Notes: a model not told the origin generated them from the letters alone. DNA of 64,000 nt from Felis catus (GCF_018350175.1 NC_058378.1:70804001-70868000); one strand, 5' to 3'; shown: positions 50,471 through 62,765, numbered from the stretch's first letter. Numbers and translations are program-made.

Positions 50471-50999
50471 GAACGCATGCATGCATGAATGAAATCCCAA
50501 CACTTACAAGCAAGTAAACCTTGATATAAGGTTTTCAGATTAAAAAAAAAGTGTTTTGAAGAATTAAAGGCTTTTACAGGGAAAAATACATATGAGAATA
50601 AGAGAGTAGTCTTAGAACCAATGAAAAGTATTTGTTTAAAATTTTCCCAAAGGTACCTGGGTGACACACATACCCAATCCTGAAAATTGCTACTAAACTC
50701 CTGGTTTGAAAAAAGTGTTTACATTGCCCTACATAAGGAGAGAATCACAGCTATTTCAAATTAATTAGTCCTCTCTCTCTTTCTCTCTCTCTCTCACACG
50801 TACACGCGCGCGCACACATGTAACCTGAAAATACCGTCGATATTCCTAGGAAGGAAAAATAAGAGGGACTTGTGCCCATAAAAATAAAGCTCTTTTTCAT
50901 AATAATTGGAAGATAATCATGTACACATCTTTTGGGTGTAGACATGGTGATTGGGTGGTCTAAGATCTTATTTCAGGCCACCACAAATCACTCTGACTT

Positions 51000-51204
51000 C
51001 TTTTTTTAAGTTTATTTATTTTTGAGAGGGAGAGAGAGCACGAGCAGGGAAGGGGCAAAGGGAGAGGGTGAGAAAGCATCCTAAGCAGGCTCAGCATTGT
51101 CAGCACATAGCCCAACGCGGGCTCCATCCCAGGAACCGTGAGATCGTGACCTGAGCTGAAATCAAGAGGCGGACACTTAACTGACTGAGCCACCCAGGTG
51201 TCCC
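51000..51204 (-). mobile_element. Can-SINE
   Basis: TSD cactctgactt (50989-50999, 51205-51215). Confidence 0.95.
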
Positions 51205-51550
51205 CACTCTGACTTTTTATAAGCAACCCAACATCCTAGTGTCTCTACCTAACTGTCTCCCCTCCCCTCAGCGTTGTCAGAACTACAAGCCAGATCATTT
51301 CCAAGGTGTCACATTATGTTATTTGAGCAAGAAGCGTCACATACATAAATCCAATCGATATAGAAAACTCTGGTACTGAGCAATGGGAGACTTGCATGTG
51401 CTAGGAGTGTCTGAATCCACAGCCTTAACAGGGTAAACTATAGTTACAATGAGGGTTCTAAGAATTATCTGCTTGAGTTGCATATAAATACATGCTGGGT
51501 CAAATGTTTAAGAAAACTTAATGCCATAATTACAAGCTACTCTTACTCCA

Positions 51551-52143
51551 AAGGTTGAACACAGTTACCATATGACCTAGCAATTCCATTCCTATATATA
51601 CCCAGAAGAACTGAAAACATATCTCCACACTAAGATTNNNNNNNNNNNNNNNNNNNNNNNNNNNNNNNNNNNNNNNNNNNNNNNNNNNNNNNNNNNNNNN
51701 NNNNNNNNNNNNNNNNNNNNNNNNNNNNNNNNNNNNNNNNNNNNNNNNNNNNNNNNNNNNNNNNNNNNNNNNNNNNNNNNNNNTCTACGTGCTACAACCT
51801 GGACGAAACTTGGAAACAATAAATCAAGTACAAGAAGACAGTCAGAAAGGAACACATATTATTGTATTATCTCTACTTGGATGAAATGTCCAGAATAGGT
51901 GAATCTATAGAAATAGAAAGTAGACTGGTGGTTGCCTAAGGCTACAAGTGATGTGGGGGGAAGGGAGGGATTAGACGGTGATGGCTAAGGGATATACGGT
52001 TTCTTTATTTTGATGTAAATATTTTATAATTGACCATGGTGATGACTGCACAACTCTGTAAATATACTAAAAGCCACCGAGTTGTACATTTTAAGTGGAT
52101 GAACTGTATGATATATGAATTACAACTCAATAAAGTTGCTAAA
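51551..52143 (+). mobile_element. L1MB/MC 3' end (contains a 146-N gap at 51638-51783)
   Basis: agttaccatatgacctagcaattcc...gaaatgtccagaatagg...gaattacaactcaataaagttg. Confidence 0.88.
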
Positions 52144-53130
52144 AGCAATAATAATATGCTGCTTTCCCTAAATTACTCCCTTCTCCCATTTTTTAAAGAA
52201 GGATTTAGGACGTTAACTTAAAATCAATAGATCACGACTATTTTGTTAAATGCCATCATAAATATTTAGATTTTTTTTTTTAATGACACGAAAACCACTT
52301 AACAAAAGTCGACGAAACAGCTCATGGTTATAACCTGGTGGATTATATTCCTAAAACTTTTATACATGTGTTTATTTGTAATTACTTTCTTTGCACAGCC
52401 TCTAGAATGGACATTTAATTTTAGCAAGGAGTTCACCACTTCAAGGCTAGATATTTTGTGTGCCTTTGGGGGTTTCCCTGGCTGTTTTCAGAAGACACAG
52501 CACCACTTGTTAGAGGAATTTCACAGCCTCTCCCGACTGGGTATCCACTTATTTTAAATTTTTAAATATTTAGATTGAGTCCCCACTTATAAATAAAATG
52601 CCGCTTTGACTAAAAATTATGTTCTTACAATGGAGGTGTTCAATCACCATAGTAAACAGTCTTGATCTTGTACTTGCTTCTTGTCACCCACTCAGCTATA
52701 GCTAAGCTTTCTGGTATGGTCTGAACTTGACCTTGAGACAATGACATCCCGAGCATGTTGTTAGTTTAGTGTCATGCCAGAGCTGTGACCGACAATAGCC
52801 ATAATTGTGTCCAAACAGTCTCAATATTCAACAATGTCAAACAAGACTCTCAAGGGTGCATTGTGCTTGTAGAACTGAATTTGATGACATTGGCTGCTCT
52901 TTCTAACAAGTGTTCTAGATTAGTCTTTATTTTAAGGTTTTGCTCTTTTAAGTTGCTCTGTAAGACGATTTTACAGTTCAATCTTGTAGAGTCTCTGTTT
53001 TCAAAGTAGATAATCATTTTAATGGCCCAGTTGCTTCCATGTTGGCTAAGGAAAGTGATTTTTTCCAAAGTCTTCAAAGAATATGGTGCTTTTGCCTGGA
53101 CACGGTGGCTTTTTAGAAAGAATGCCCAAT

Positions 53131-53409
53131 GGGGCGCCTGGGTGGTGCAGTCGGTTAAGCGTCCGACTTCAGCCAGGTCACGATCTTGCGGTCCGTGAGT
53201 TCGAGCCCCGCGTCAGGCTCTGGGCTGATGGCTCAGAGCCTGGAGCCTGTTTCCGATTCTGTGTCTCCCTCTCTCTCTGCCCCTCCCCCGTTCATGCTCT
53301 GTCTCTCTCTGTCCCAAAAATAAATAAACGTTGAAAAAAAAATTTAAAAAAAAAAAAAAGAAATTGCTGCGGCCAAGATCAAAGATCTTAAAAAAAAAAA
53401 AAAAAAAAA
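53131..53409 (+). mobile_element. Can-SINE (youngest felid type) with a 3'-transduced tag and second poly(A)
   Basis: TSD agaaagaatgcccaa (53115-53129, 53410-53424) encloses SINE, A tail, 30-nt tag (53360-53389) and a second A run. Confidence 0.95.
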
Positions 53410-54439
53410 AGAAAGAATGCCCAAGAACATACTACCATTATTATCAAACACGAAACAAAACAAAACAATATTCTTCAGTTACTGCGAACAAGTGTCTTAC
53501 TTCGTGGTGATAGATTTTAATAACTTTGAGTTAAATTATTGCTGCACAATCCCACATTGATTCGTGTAGTACCAAAGATACAAAAATTATACTATATATT
53601 CTAAATATTCCAAAAGAGAAGATGCTTAGGCCAATGACAGGGTTTATATTTATGAAACACAAATGTAACAATTCCCGCAGACTCTGAAGCACTGTTCTCA
53701 TCAAGAAGATGGTAACGGGCAGTACAAAACACCACTTGTATTGAATTGCTGACCTAATTTTCCTTTTATAATAGTGCCTGTGATGCTAACACCAGGAAGT
53801 ATGTCACTAGCTTTTATTTTGTTTGTGGTTTAAGGATTCCATACAATAGCAAGCTGGGAACATATTTTATGGGGGAAGAAGAGGAATCTCTTCCTTTCCG
53901 CAAAACTCGAACCAAGATGAATTCAAAGTTCCCCCAAATAACTGTCCTGAAGATTATAAACAAGCACTGGAATATTCCAAGCATGAATCACTCATCTTTT
54001 TGAGTGAGAAATCAGGAACTCTAAAGCCTTAGAAAATAGGGGCTGCTGGGGGCTCATGAGTGGAAGGGTCTATGTAACTTGGGATCAGTGCAGGGGACAG
54101 GTAATGAAACCTCCATTTAGAGAAAAGGTGTCAATACAACAGTGAGTGATTAAAGTCAGACACAAAATCTAGCGAAATGGGCAGAGGGCTACGTTGCCAA
54201 CTCCAGCCTGTGACCAACAAAATAAATGATGCACCAAGCTGATGTTTCCAGGAGGAGTGGACTGGAACCTGGCACTCAGCAAATGCTCTTAATATACGTG
54301 ACAACCGCAGACCCGGGCCAACGGTCCAGGACTTCTGGGCCTTTGAAACCATCCTGACAGTACTATGCTCGACTCCTTCTATGCACCAAAAGTAACCCAT
54401 CCCCACTTTCTTTTAAGAAAACTAGTAACATTCAATTTT

Positions 54440-54860
54440 CCTGAATATAAAAACAACTTACATTGTGCCTTACAGGGGGAAAAAAAGAAAAGTATAAAGA
54501 AAAAAAAGTCAAATTACCTATAATTGTTCTGTTCTGAAATAATCATATAGCATGAAAAAGAATAATAATAAAATTAACATTTTAGTATTTTTCCTTAAAA
54601 TCGTTTTCTATACAGATATGGTCTTAAAAAATCAGAACCATGAGAAATATCCAGTTTCATATCCTGCTTTTTCACTTAACATTATATTGTGAGCATTTCC
54701 TCATATCCTTTAATATCCTTAGGAACGTGATTTTTAATGGCTGTATAATATTCTATTGTATGGATATGCCACGACGAACTTAACTGTACCCCTACCTTAG
54801 ACACTCAGATTGTTTTTAGTTTTCCATTATTATAATAGTTCTGTGATGAACATTCTTCAT
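54440..54860 (-). mobile_element. L1ME-like 3' region
   Basis: cctgctttttcacttaacattatattgtgagcatttcc...tttttaatggctgtataatattctattgtatggatatgcca. Confidence 0.75.
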
Positions 54861-55110
54861 AACTTATTTTTAACAACCCAGGGGGGAAACTTTGTGTTCA
54901 GCGTGGGAAAAATTACTACCGTCATAAGTAAAGACCATAGAATTAGGAAGAAGTTTCAGAAGAGCGCGTCCATCGAAGATTTAGACCTGAGTGCTTTCAG
55001 CGGGAGCAGCTCCACGGAGGAAGCTCAAAACCATCCTTCATTTGGTCACCATTTTAGGACTTGACTCCACTGGGTCTGGAACAATTCTGGTTATAACACA
55101 GGTCAGGCAA

Positions 55111-55127
55111 CAGCGCCCTCTTATCGC
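55111..55127 (-). promoter_or_regulatory. Candidate CTCF motif
   Basis: Reverse complement gCGATAAGAGGGCGCTG versus core CCASYAGRKGGCRSYV; the 3' 11 positions all match. Confidence 0.35.
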
Positions 55128-55271
55128 ATTGCTACGTCTCACCTACATCCAGCAGCACAGACCTTCGTGACACAGAAGCATCAACTGGAATTTCCCAGAT
55201 GCTCAGTGACCATAGTAAAACGATGAAGGGAAGAAAGGAATCTGCTCTCCACTGCCTTTTGTTTATCTGTT

Positions 55272-56162
55272 TGTTTTCATGGTGGCAGAACATACGCAAC
55301 ATACAGTTTGCCATTTTAACCATTTCTAAGTATATAATCCAGTAGCATTAAATGCATTCGCTCTGTTGTGCAACCATCTCCACCAGCCATCTCCAGAACT
55401 TTTTCATCTTGCAAATTGAAACTCTATACCCATTAAACAACTCCCCTCTTCAGTCTCCCCCCAGCCCTTGGCAACCACCACCCTCCTTCTGTCTCTGTGA
55501 ATGTGACTACTCTAGGTACCTCCTGTAAGTGAAATCATACATTTGTTCTTCCGCGTCTGGNNNNNNNNNNNNNNNNNNNNNNNNNNNNNNNNNNNNNNNN
55601 NNNNNNNNNNNNNNNNNNNNNNNNNNNNNNNNNNNNNNNNNNNNNNNNNNNNNNNNNNNNNNNNNNNNNNNNNNNNNNNNNNNNNNNNNNNNNNNNNNNN
55701 NNNNNNAAAACATATTGATGAATATTAGGTTATTTCTACCTTTTGACTATTGTGAATAATGTTGCAATAATTCACATACTTCAACATTCTGGTGCAAGTA
55801 TCTGTTGGAGGTTTCGCTTTCAATTCTTATGGGTATCCACCTAGGAGTGGAATTGCTGGGTCATAAGGTAAGTTTAACTTTTTGAGGAACCATCGCAGCA
55901 TTGTGCCATTTTAGATCCCCACCAGCAACTTGGGACGGTTCCCATTCTGCTTGTCTTCATCAACACTTGTTATATTCCTTTTTCTTCTTCTTTGGCTTTT
56001 GTTTTTTTTTAAATAATAGCCATCTTAATGGGTATGAAGTGGTATCTCATTGTGGTTTTGATTTGTATTCTCCTAATGACCAATGACATTGAGGATTCTT
56101 TCATATTCTCATTGGCCATTTGTATATCTTCTCTGAGGAAATGTCTATTAAAGTCCTTTGCT
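55272..56162 (-). mobile_element. L1MA/MB 3' region (contains a 146-N gap at 55561-55706)
   Basis: tttgccattttaaccatttctaagtata...ctaggtacctc...cctaggagtggaattgctggg...gtggtatctcattgtggttttgatttg. Confidence 0.9.
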
Positions 56163-56379
56163 CCAGGTGCCTGGGAGGCTCAGTTGGTTAAGCGTCTGAC
56201 TCGATTATGGCTCAGGTCATGAACTCACAGTTCCCGAGATAGANNNNNNNNNNNNNNNNNNNNNNNNNNNNNNNNNNNNNNNNNNNNNNNNNNNNNNNNN
56301 NNNNNNNNNNNNNNNNNNNNNNNNNNNNNNNNNNNNNNNNNNNNNNNNNNNNNNNNNNNNNNNNNNNNNNNNNNNNNNN
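56163..56379 (+). mobile_element. Can-SINE head running into a 136-N gap (56244-56379)
   Basis: ggtgcctgggaggctcagttggttaagcgtctgactc...ggctcaggtcatga. Confidence 0.85.
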
Positions 56380-56389
56380 GTTGCTTTTG

Positions 56390-56616
56390 GGGGCACCTGG
56401 GTGGCTCAGTCGGTTAGGCGTCCGACTTCAGCTCAGATCATGATCTCACGGTTTGTGAGTTCAAGCCCCACATCAGGCTCTGTGCTGACAGCTCAGAGCC
56501 TGCAGCCTGCTTTGGATTCTGTGTCTCCTCTCTCTTCCCCTCCCCTGCTCATGCTTGCTCTCTCTCTCTCTCTCTCTCTCACTCAAAAATAAATAAACAT
56601 TAAAAAAAATTTTAAA
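56390..56616 (+). mobile_element. Can-SINE
   Basis: Full copy with (CT)n and aataaataaacatt tail. Confidence 0.95.
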
Positions 56617-58123
56617 GACGTCTGATTTTGATGGGACAGACAGACACTCAGCATCAGAGTGCTCTTTACCCAGAGTATTTGGTGGCAGGAACAGATATTG
56701 ATGATTCTCAAAAAGCAGGGAAGTTATTATAGAAGGAGGTTATTATAAGGCAAAGGGGGCCCCTCCTGGGATCCTAGTACAGGAAGTTCAGCGGGTCCCC
56801 AGGGAACTGGAGAGGCGTCAGGCTGCTACCCTGTCCGTGTCCCTCTCTCTGGGGCAGTGTAGTCCTGTCTCTGCCTCTGCTTGCACGTCTGCCTTCCCTG
56901 TGTGAGGCACTTAACCCCCAAGCTAAGCAGCTTGCTTCCCAGGACACATGCCCAACCGTCATCTTCACATGACCTTAGGGCTCCAGGGGCCCCCAGTAAA
57001 CTCCAGCTTCTCTGTCCCCATCCAGCATTTGTTCTCTGAGGTCAGGAGCCCCTGTGACACAATCAGCTGTGGCCACAGGGCCGATGACATGCGACAAACA
57101 TTGCCAGATCAGCCCCTGCCTTGGGTGAGGCCTGTGGATGGAGAGTAACTTCAAAGAAGGGCATATGGAAAGGCAGCCATGATGGTTATGCTTAGCACCC
57201 AGAGGAAAGTTTCAAAGCTTTTCAACAATCGAGTATTACATTATTATGTCCATCTCTCAAACACTCAAGATTATTCTACACTTGATATTATTTACCTTTA
57301 GCCTGACGTCTTTGTCTTTCAGGGTAGTGCAGCTGTAATGTTCAAAAGGCACCATTCAAGGTTGATATGATGGTGGTGCGTCCAATGCTGAGAATAGTTC
57401 ATACGCTTGTGATTGCACTTCAGTTTCACAGTTTGAACACTGACCTAAGCAAGGCAAACTTGCTTGGTCCAGAATATTTCTATATGGATGCGCTGTTTAC
57501 TAGTCTCCCTAGCGTTAAATGTAAGCTATAGCCTCTCCCCCGTCTTTTCATTTGGTTCAAAAAGAAAAATGGCAACCATTGCTTTTAGAGTGATCCGCAT
57601 GGACGGAAGCCGAACAGCACAGCATGGAAGGGCAATCCCTAGAGTCAGCCTGGGGGGGGGGGGACCCAAATACCCTTGGGAAGCATGAGATTTTAATTAT
57701 TATTTACAAGCTACTTCTGACCTGTAGCGCAGCCAGTAAGAGATGATGGCTTGTAATTAGGACAAGAACCTATTACCGACGAATTTCTCGGTTTGGAATG
57801 GAAGCCAAGGGTTAAGTCATGAATGCTCTCACTGTTCGCCCCAGCCCCTCCAACTTTGGCTGTTCACATTAGTGTCTGAGGAAGGAGAGGACAGTCCTGT
57901 CTTTCTTTGTCAGGAGATGACAGATCCATTCAAAACTCCCTTCCCAACAGATGGTGCCTTAGGAGGGAAACTTAGTGAAGGGTAAAATGGGGGAGGCAGA
58001 TAATCAGGTGATGGGAGAACTTCAAGACAACTCCCATTGGCAGGGACCCTGGGAGGAGCTGTTTCCCCCACGACGGAGGGAATGAGGTGGGACAGCACAT
58101 TGTCTTGTGGATTACCACGCCTT

Positions 58124-58742
58124 CTTAAAAACATTAACAGACTTTATCTCTTAGAGCAGTTTAGGTTTACAAGAAAATTGAGTAGAGAGGACAGCACTAC
58201 CCCTCCCCTCATACACAGTGTCTCCTATTACTAACATCCTGCATCAGTGTGACACGTGTATTACAAGTGATGAACCAATATTAATACGGTATTTTTAAAA
58301 ATGTTTACTTATTTACTTTTGAGAGAGAGGGAGAGAGCACGAGCAGGGGAGGGACAGAGGGAGGGGGAGAGAGAGAATCCCAAGCAGGCTCTGCACTGTC
58401 AGCATGGAGCCCAATGCAGGGCTCGATCTCAGGAACCGTGAGATCATGACCTGAGCCGAAATCAAGAGTTGGACCCTCAACCAACTGAGTCACCCAGGTG
58501 CCCCAACACGATATTGTTAACAGATGTCCAGAGTTCACATGAGGGTTCGTTTTTGTGTGTGTTGCCCATTGTATAGATACTAACAAACGCAAAATGTCCT
58601 GTATCCACTGTTATCGCACAGAATCGTTTCCCTGCCTTCCAAATCCCCTGTGCTCCACCTGTTCACCTCGCCCCTACTTGAACCGCTGGAGACCAATGAC
58701 CTTTTCTCTGTCTCTATAGTTTTGCCACCATGCCTTTTCAAA
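58124..58742 (-). mobile_element. L1MC/MB-like 3' end split by a SINE
   Basis: agactttatctcttagagcagtttaggtttaca...gatgaaccaatatt...gtccagagttcacatgagggttc...tctatagttttgcc. Confidence 0.8.
58294..58504 (-). mobile_element. Can-SINE
   Basis: TSD aatacggtatt / aacacgatatt. Confidence 0.95.
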
Positions 58743-58927
58743 TGGAAACTTCTGAAATAGCAGGGGACCTTGGTCAGGGTGGGATGAGAAGAGCAACGGC
58801 CGCGGGTTACTGAGCCCGTTCTTACTTCATGCCAGGTCCTCTCTCGGGCACTCAGCGGACACTGGCACACCTAGTTCTCAAGAGAACACAGAAGCTGTTA
58901 TCATCTCATCTTAAAGATGAGAAATTA

Positions 58928-59148
58928 GGGGCACCTGGGTGGCTCAGTCGGTTAAGCGGCCGACTTCGGCTCAGGTCATGATCTCACGGTCTGTGAGTTC
59001 GAGCCCCGCCTCGGGCTCTGTGCTGACAGCTCAGAGCCTGGAGCCTGTTTCAGATTCTGTGTCTCCCTCTCTCTGACCCTCCCCCGTTCATGCTCTGTCT
59101 CTCTCTGTCTCAGAAGTAAATAAACGTTAAAAAAAAATAAAAAAAAAA
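58928..59148 (+). mobile_element. Can-SINE inserted in an antisense MIR (~58810-59260)
   Basis: Perfect TSD aaagatgagaaatta (58913-58927, 59149-59163); MIR resumes aggctcagaga. Confidence 0.97.
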
Positions 59149-59432
59149 AAAGATGAGAAATTAAGGCTCAGAGAACTGGGTAAGCATTCAGATGAACCAG
59201 CCAAGAGGGGGGTGGGGCCTGGACCCCGAACCCAGACTACAGAAACTGTACTTAACCCCTGCCCTGCTCAGCTCAATTTCTGACTCCTCTATAATGAGCA
59301 TCATGACCATTTTTCTCTTGCACCAAATGAAATGATCTGGAGATGTTATAATTTGCTATTATTATTATTATTATTATTTACTATTATTATAGATTTGTTC
59401 CACCGCTTAACTTAACTGCTAAAAGTTTATTT

Positions 59433-59630
59433 GGAGGAGCACCTGGGTGGCTCAGTCGGTTAAGCATCTGACTCTTGATTTTGGCTTGGGTCATGATCTC
59501 ATGGTTTGTGAGTTCGAGCCCCGCATCCGTGCAGAGCCTGCGTGGGATTCCCTCTCTCTCTCCTCTCTCTGTCCCTACCCTGCTTGCTCTCTTCCTCAAA
59601 ATAAATAAACAAACTTAAAAATGTTTTAAA
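59433..59630 (+). mobile_element. Can-SINE
   Basis: TSD taaaagtttattt (59420-59432, 59631-59643). Confidence 0.93.
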
Positions 59631-59711
59631 TAAAAGTTTATTTAGAATATGACATGTACATGTACACGGGGGAAATAGCCATACTTCTTTTTGTGTTAAT
59701 ATGAAGTTACT

Positions 59712-60200
59712 TAGAAAAATAGCCAAATGGGACTCTATCAAACTCGATAAGCTTTGTGTGTCAAAAGATACAGACGAGAAATTGAAAAAGCAGCCCACAG
59801 AATGGGAGAAAAGACTTGCAAATCATGTAGCTCATAAGGGGATAGCATCCAGAATATCTAAAGAATTCCTATATCTCAGCAATGAAATAACCAAATAACC
59901 TGATGGAAAAATGAGCAAAGGACTTGAATAAGCTTGTGTCCAAAGATGATCTACAAATGGTCAACAAGCATACGAATATGAAAAGATGCCCAACACCACG
60001 AAATCATCAGAAGAATGTAAATCAAGACCACGAGTTATCACCTCACACCCATGAGGATGGCTACTCTGAAAAAAAAAGAAAAAAAACAGAAAATGACAGG
60101 CGTCTGTGATGTTGTGGAGAAGTTGGAACACTTGTGCCCTATTGATGGGGTTGTAAAATCAGAGTAGCCACTATGGAAAACTGCAGAGGTTCCTTAAAAA
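59712..60200 (+). mobile_element. L1 ORF2 C-terminal fragment (dead), lacking its 3' UTR
   Basis: ORF 59701 reads KIAKWDSIKLDKLCVSKDTDEKLKKQPTEWEKRLANH, homologous to L1 ORF2 KIDKWDLIKLKSFCTAKE...RQPTEWEKIFA. Confidence 0.88.
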
Positions 60201-60211
60201 AAAAAAATCAA

Positions 60212-60440
60212 GGGGCGCCTGGGTGGTGCAGTCGGTTAAGCGTCCGACTTCGGCCAGGTCACGATCTCGCGGTCCGTGAGTTTGAGCCCCGCGTCGGGCT
60301 CTGGGCTGATGGCTCAGAGCCTGGAGCCTGTTTCCTATTCTGTGTCTCCCTCTCTCTCTCTGCCCCTCCCCCATTCGTGCTCTGTCTCTCTCTGTCCCAA
60401 AAATAAATAAACGTTGAAAAAAAAAATTAAAAAAAAAAAA
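60212..60440 (+). mobile_element. Can-SINE (youngest felid type), no TSD
   Basis: Full copy; flanks aaaaaatcaa and gttctctaaa do not match. Confidence 0.95.
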
Positions 60441-61293
60441 GTTCTCTAAATTTTTTTTCTTTTGAAGGAACTGGCCTGTTCAGAAAGCTTAACCACCACC
60501 GGAAATGTGTCCAAGAGAAGAGTAAAGCTTCCAAAGCTTCTAGAGCTCTATGGCTTTCTCAGAAGTCACACACAGAAGCCCAGACTCACGGCAGGTCTTC
60601 GCTGGCACTGAATTCCAAGTTGTGTTGGGTCTTCCATCGGAGAGAAGGAATAAGCAACTGCAAGAAAAGGGAAGACGACCAAAGGCCTGCTCCCCTGACC
60701 AGCTGGTGGCTGCAAAGAGTCTTGACATTCAAGGACTGCAAACATCAGCTCCCTTAATGCCCACAACAGCCCCGATATCTGTGGGCAGACCGAGGCACGG
60801 GTGCTTTGAAGCCAACTTGCCCAAAGTCACACATAAACAAGGAAGCAGAGCCAGGATCCAAACCCTTACAGTCTGACCCTAGAGGCCACATTCTTAACCA
60901 CTGTGTTATTCTGCCTCAGAGGAGGTAAGGGACCAACGAAGCCGAAGGCACGAAAGCAAACAAGGTGAAGAAAATGAGGACATGCCCACCTGTGCCAGGT
61001 GTGAATCTTAGCTCATCCAGCCATGGTGCCCATCTAGGAGGCAGTGGTGATCTCTGAACCCATTTTAGACACAACAAAACTGAGGTCCCAAGACCATTAA
61101 GTCAGCTCCCCTTAGGTCTCACAGCCAGTGGGCCCCATTTCTACTCGCCAATCCTGGCTTTTCCCGGTTGCTTGTCTTAGTTCGAAAATTATTGGAAGAT
61201 AAAGGGATCGCTGCATTACGCTGTTTCTCAGAGGCACCACTGGCCCAGACTGCTAGAGCTGTTGCCTTAACTTGTAACTTTAAAATCCCGACC

Positions 61294-61507
61294 GGGGCGC
61301 CTGGGTGGCTCAGTCGGTTAAGTGGCCGACTTCGGCTCAGGTCATGATCTCGCGGTCCATGAGTTCGAGCCCCGCGTCGGGCTCTGTGCTGCCAGCTCAG
61401 AGCCTGGAGCCTGTTTCAGATTCTGTGTCTCCCTCTCTCTGACCCTCCCCTGTTCATGCTCTGTCTCTCTCTGTCTCAAAAATAAATAAACGTTAAAAAA
61501 AAAAAAA
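61294..61507 (+). mobile_element. Can-SINE
   Basis: TSD aactttaaaatcccgacc / aacttttaaatcccgacc. Confidence 0.97.
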
Positions 61508-62554
61508 AACTTTTAAATCCCGACCTTTCCCAGTTGCAGAGAGCTAGGAGGTGCTGTGACCACTTCACCTCTTTCCCAAAGACCAAGAGGCCAGTGAGCA
61601 ACCGTGGCTGGAAGGGCTGTGCAGCCAAACACGGGGAGGGACAGAAATGACCGAGGTCACAGGCATGGGCGGTGCCAGCCTGAGCCCTGTGTTTTTGAAA
61701 CACAAGATTCCGTCTCGGGTGGAGGAAATGACGAAGCTGGAGGAAAATGTTGAAAATGGGAATCCACCAACGTGGAAGGCTTTACTCAAGGTTTTTTAGG
61801 CTAAACGCTGTAGGAAACAGCGGCAGATGGGGGCACCATATTGCAGGGCGCGATGTGGAACTTGGTCCAATGCGAGGAAAACTCACAGGCTCCCAAATCA
61901 CGTAAAACGCAACTGGGGAAAATGTGAAATAATTTGTTGTGGTGGAGAGCAGTTCAACTTGTCACACACTAATGAGTTCAGGATACCCAAGGAACAGACC
62001 TCTAGCCAAATCCGGCAGCAGCCAGAGGTGAGAAGCAAAAGGGGTCCTCCCAGGAGCAGAATTCAGGACTAACAAGGGCTCAGGGACTTTGCCAAAAGGG
62101 GGTATCTTAGACGAGCCGGGGAGAGGGTCGCTCCGGTCAGCCACAACGGCGGGAGGAGCAAGCGGGATGATCTGATGCCTGGACAGAATCAGCCATCAAG
62201 TCTGGTCGGGCTCCCGCATTCATGGCATTCCTCTCTGCCTTCCCCCCGCTCCAACCCCTCCACCTTCCTGAGCCAGACGCCCCCTGCCCCCCCCCCCCGT
62301 CACCTCCCGCCTGCTCCCAGATGTAGCTTCCACCTGCCACGTGACCTCCCTGCTCAGAAACCTCCAGGAGCTCTCCCCTTCCTACAGATAAACCTCCACC
62401 CCCACAGCTTCTCCCCCACGGATCCCCCAGACCGACTTGCTATAGCTCCCAGCTCGTCTTGTGTCCAGGTCGCACTGTACGTGCCGTGAACCTCCCAGGA
62501 CAGGGAGGATGCCTGAACATAATAGATTCTCGGTGAATGTTTGCTGCGTCGGTA

Positions 62555-62765
62555 CCATGCTTTTAGAGTCAGCGGGGTCGGGTTGGAATTCCAACTCCAC
62601 CACTTAATGGCTTTGTGATCTCGGGTAGGCTCACCTCCCTGAGCCCCAATTTCAATTTTGGAACATGGGGGCAAGGAGGTCTTCTTCGTGGGCTCATTCC
62701 GAGAATTAAATGAGACAAAGTAGGTCAAATGCTTAGTCAGTAATAACTTCTCAATAAATGCTTTA
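62555..62765 (+). mobile_element. MIR
   Basis: gcttttagagtcag...ttggaattccaactccaccactta...gagaattaaatgaga...ctcaataaatg. Confidence 0.8.

Noticed and set aside
7132-61507. tRNA-like A and B boxes; dispersed near-identical repeats suggesting an array
   Set aside because: These are internal Pol III promoters of tRNA-derived SINEs. There is no cloverleaf gene and no regularly spaced repeat-spacer structure, so neither tRNA nor CRISPR.
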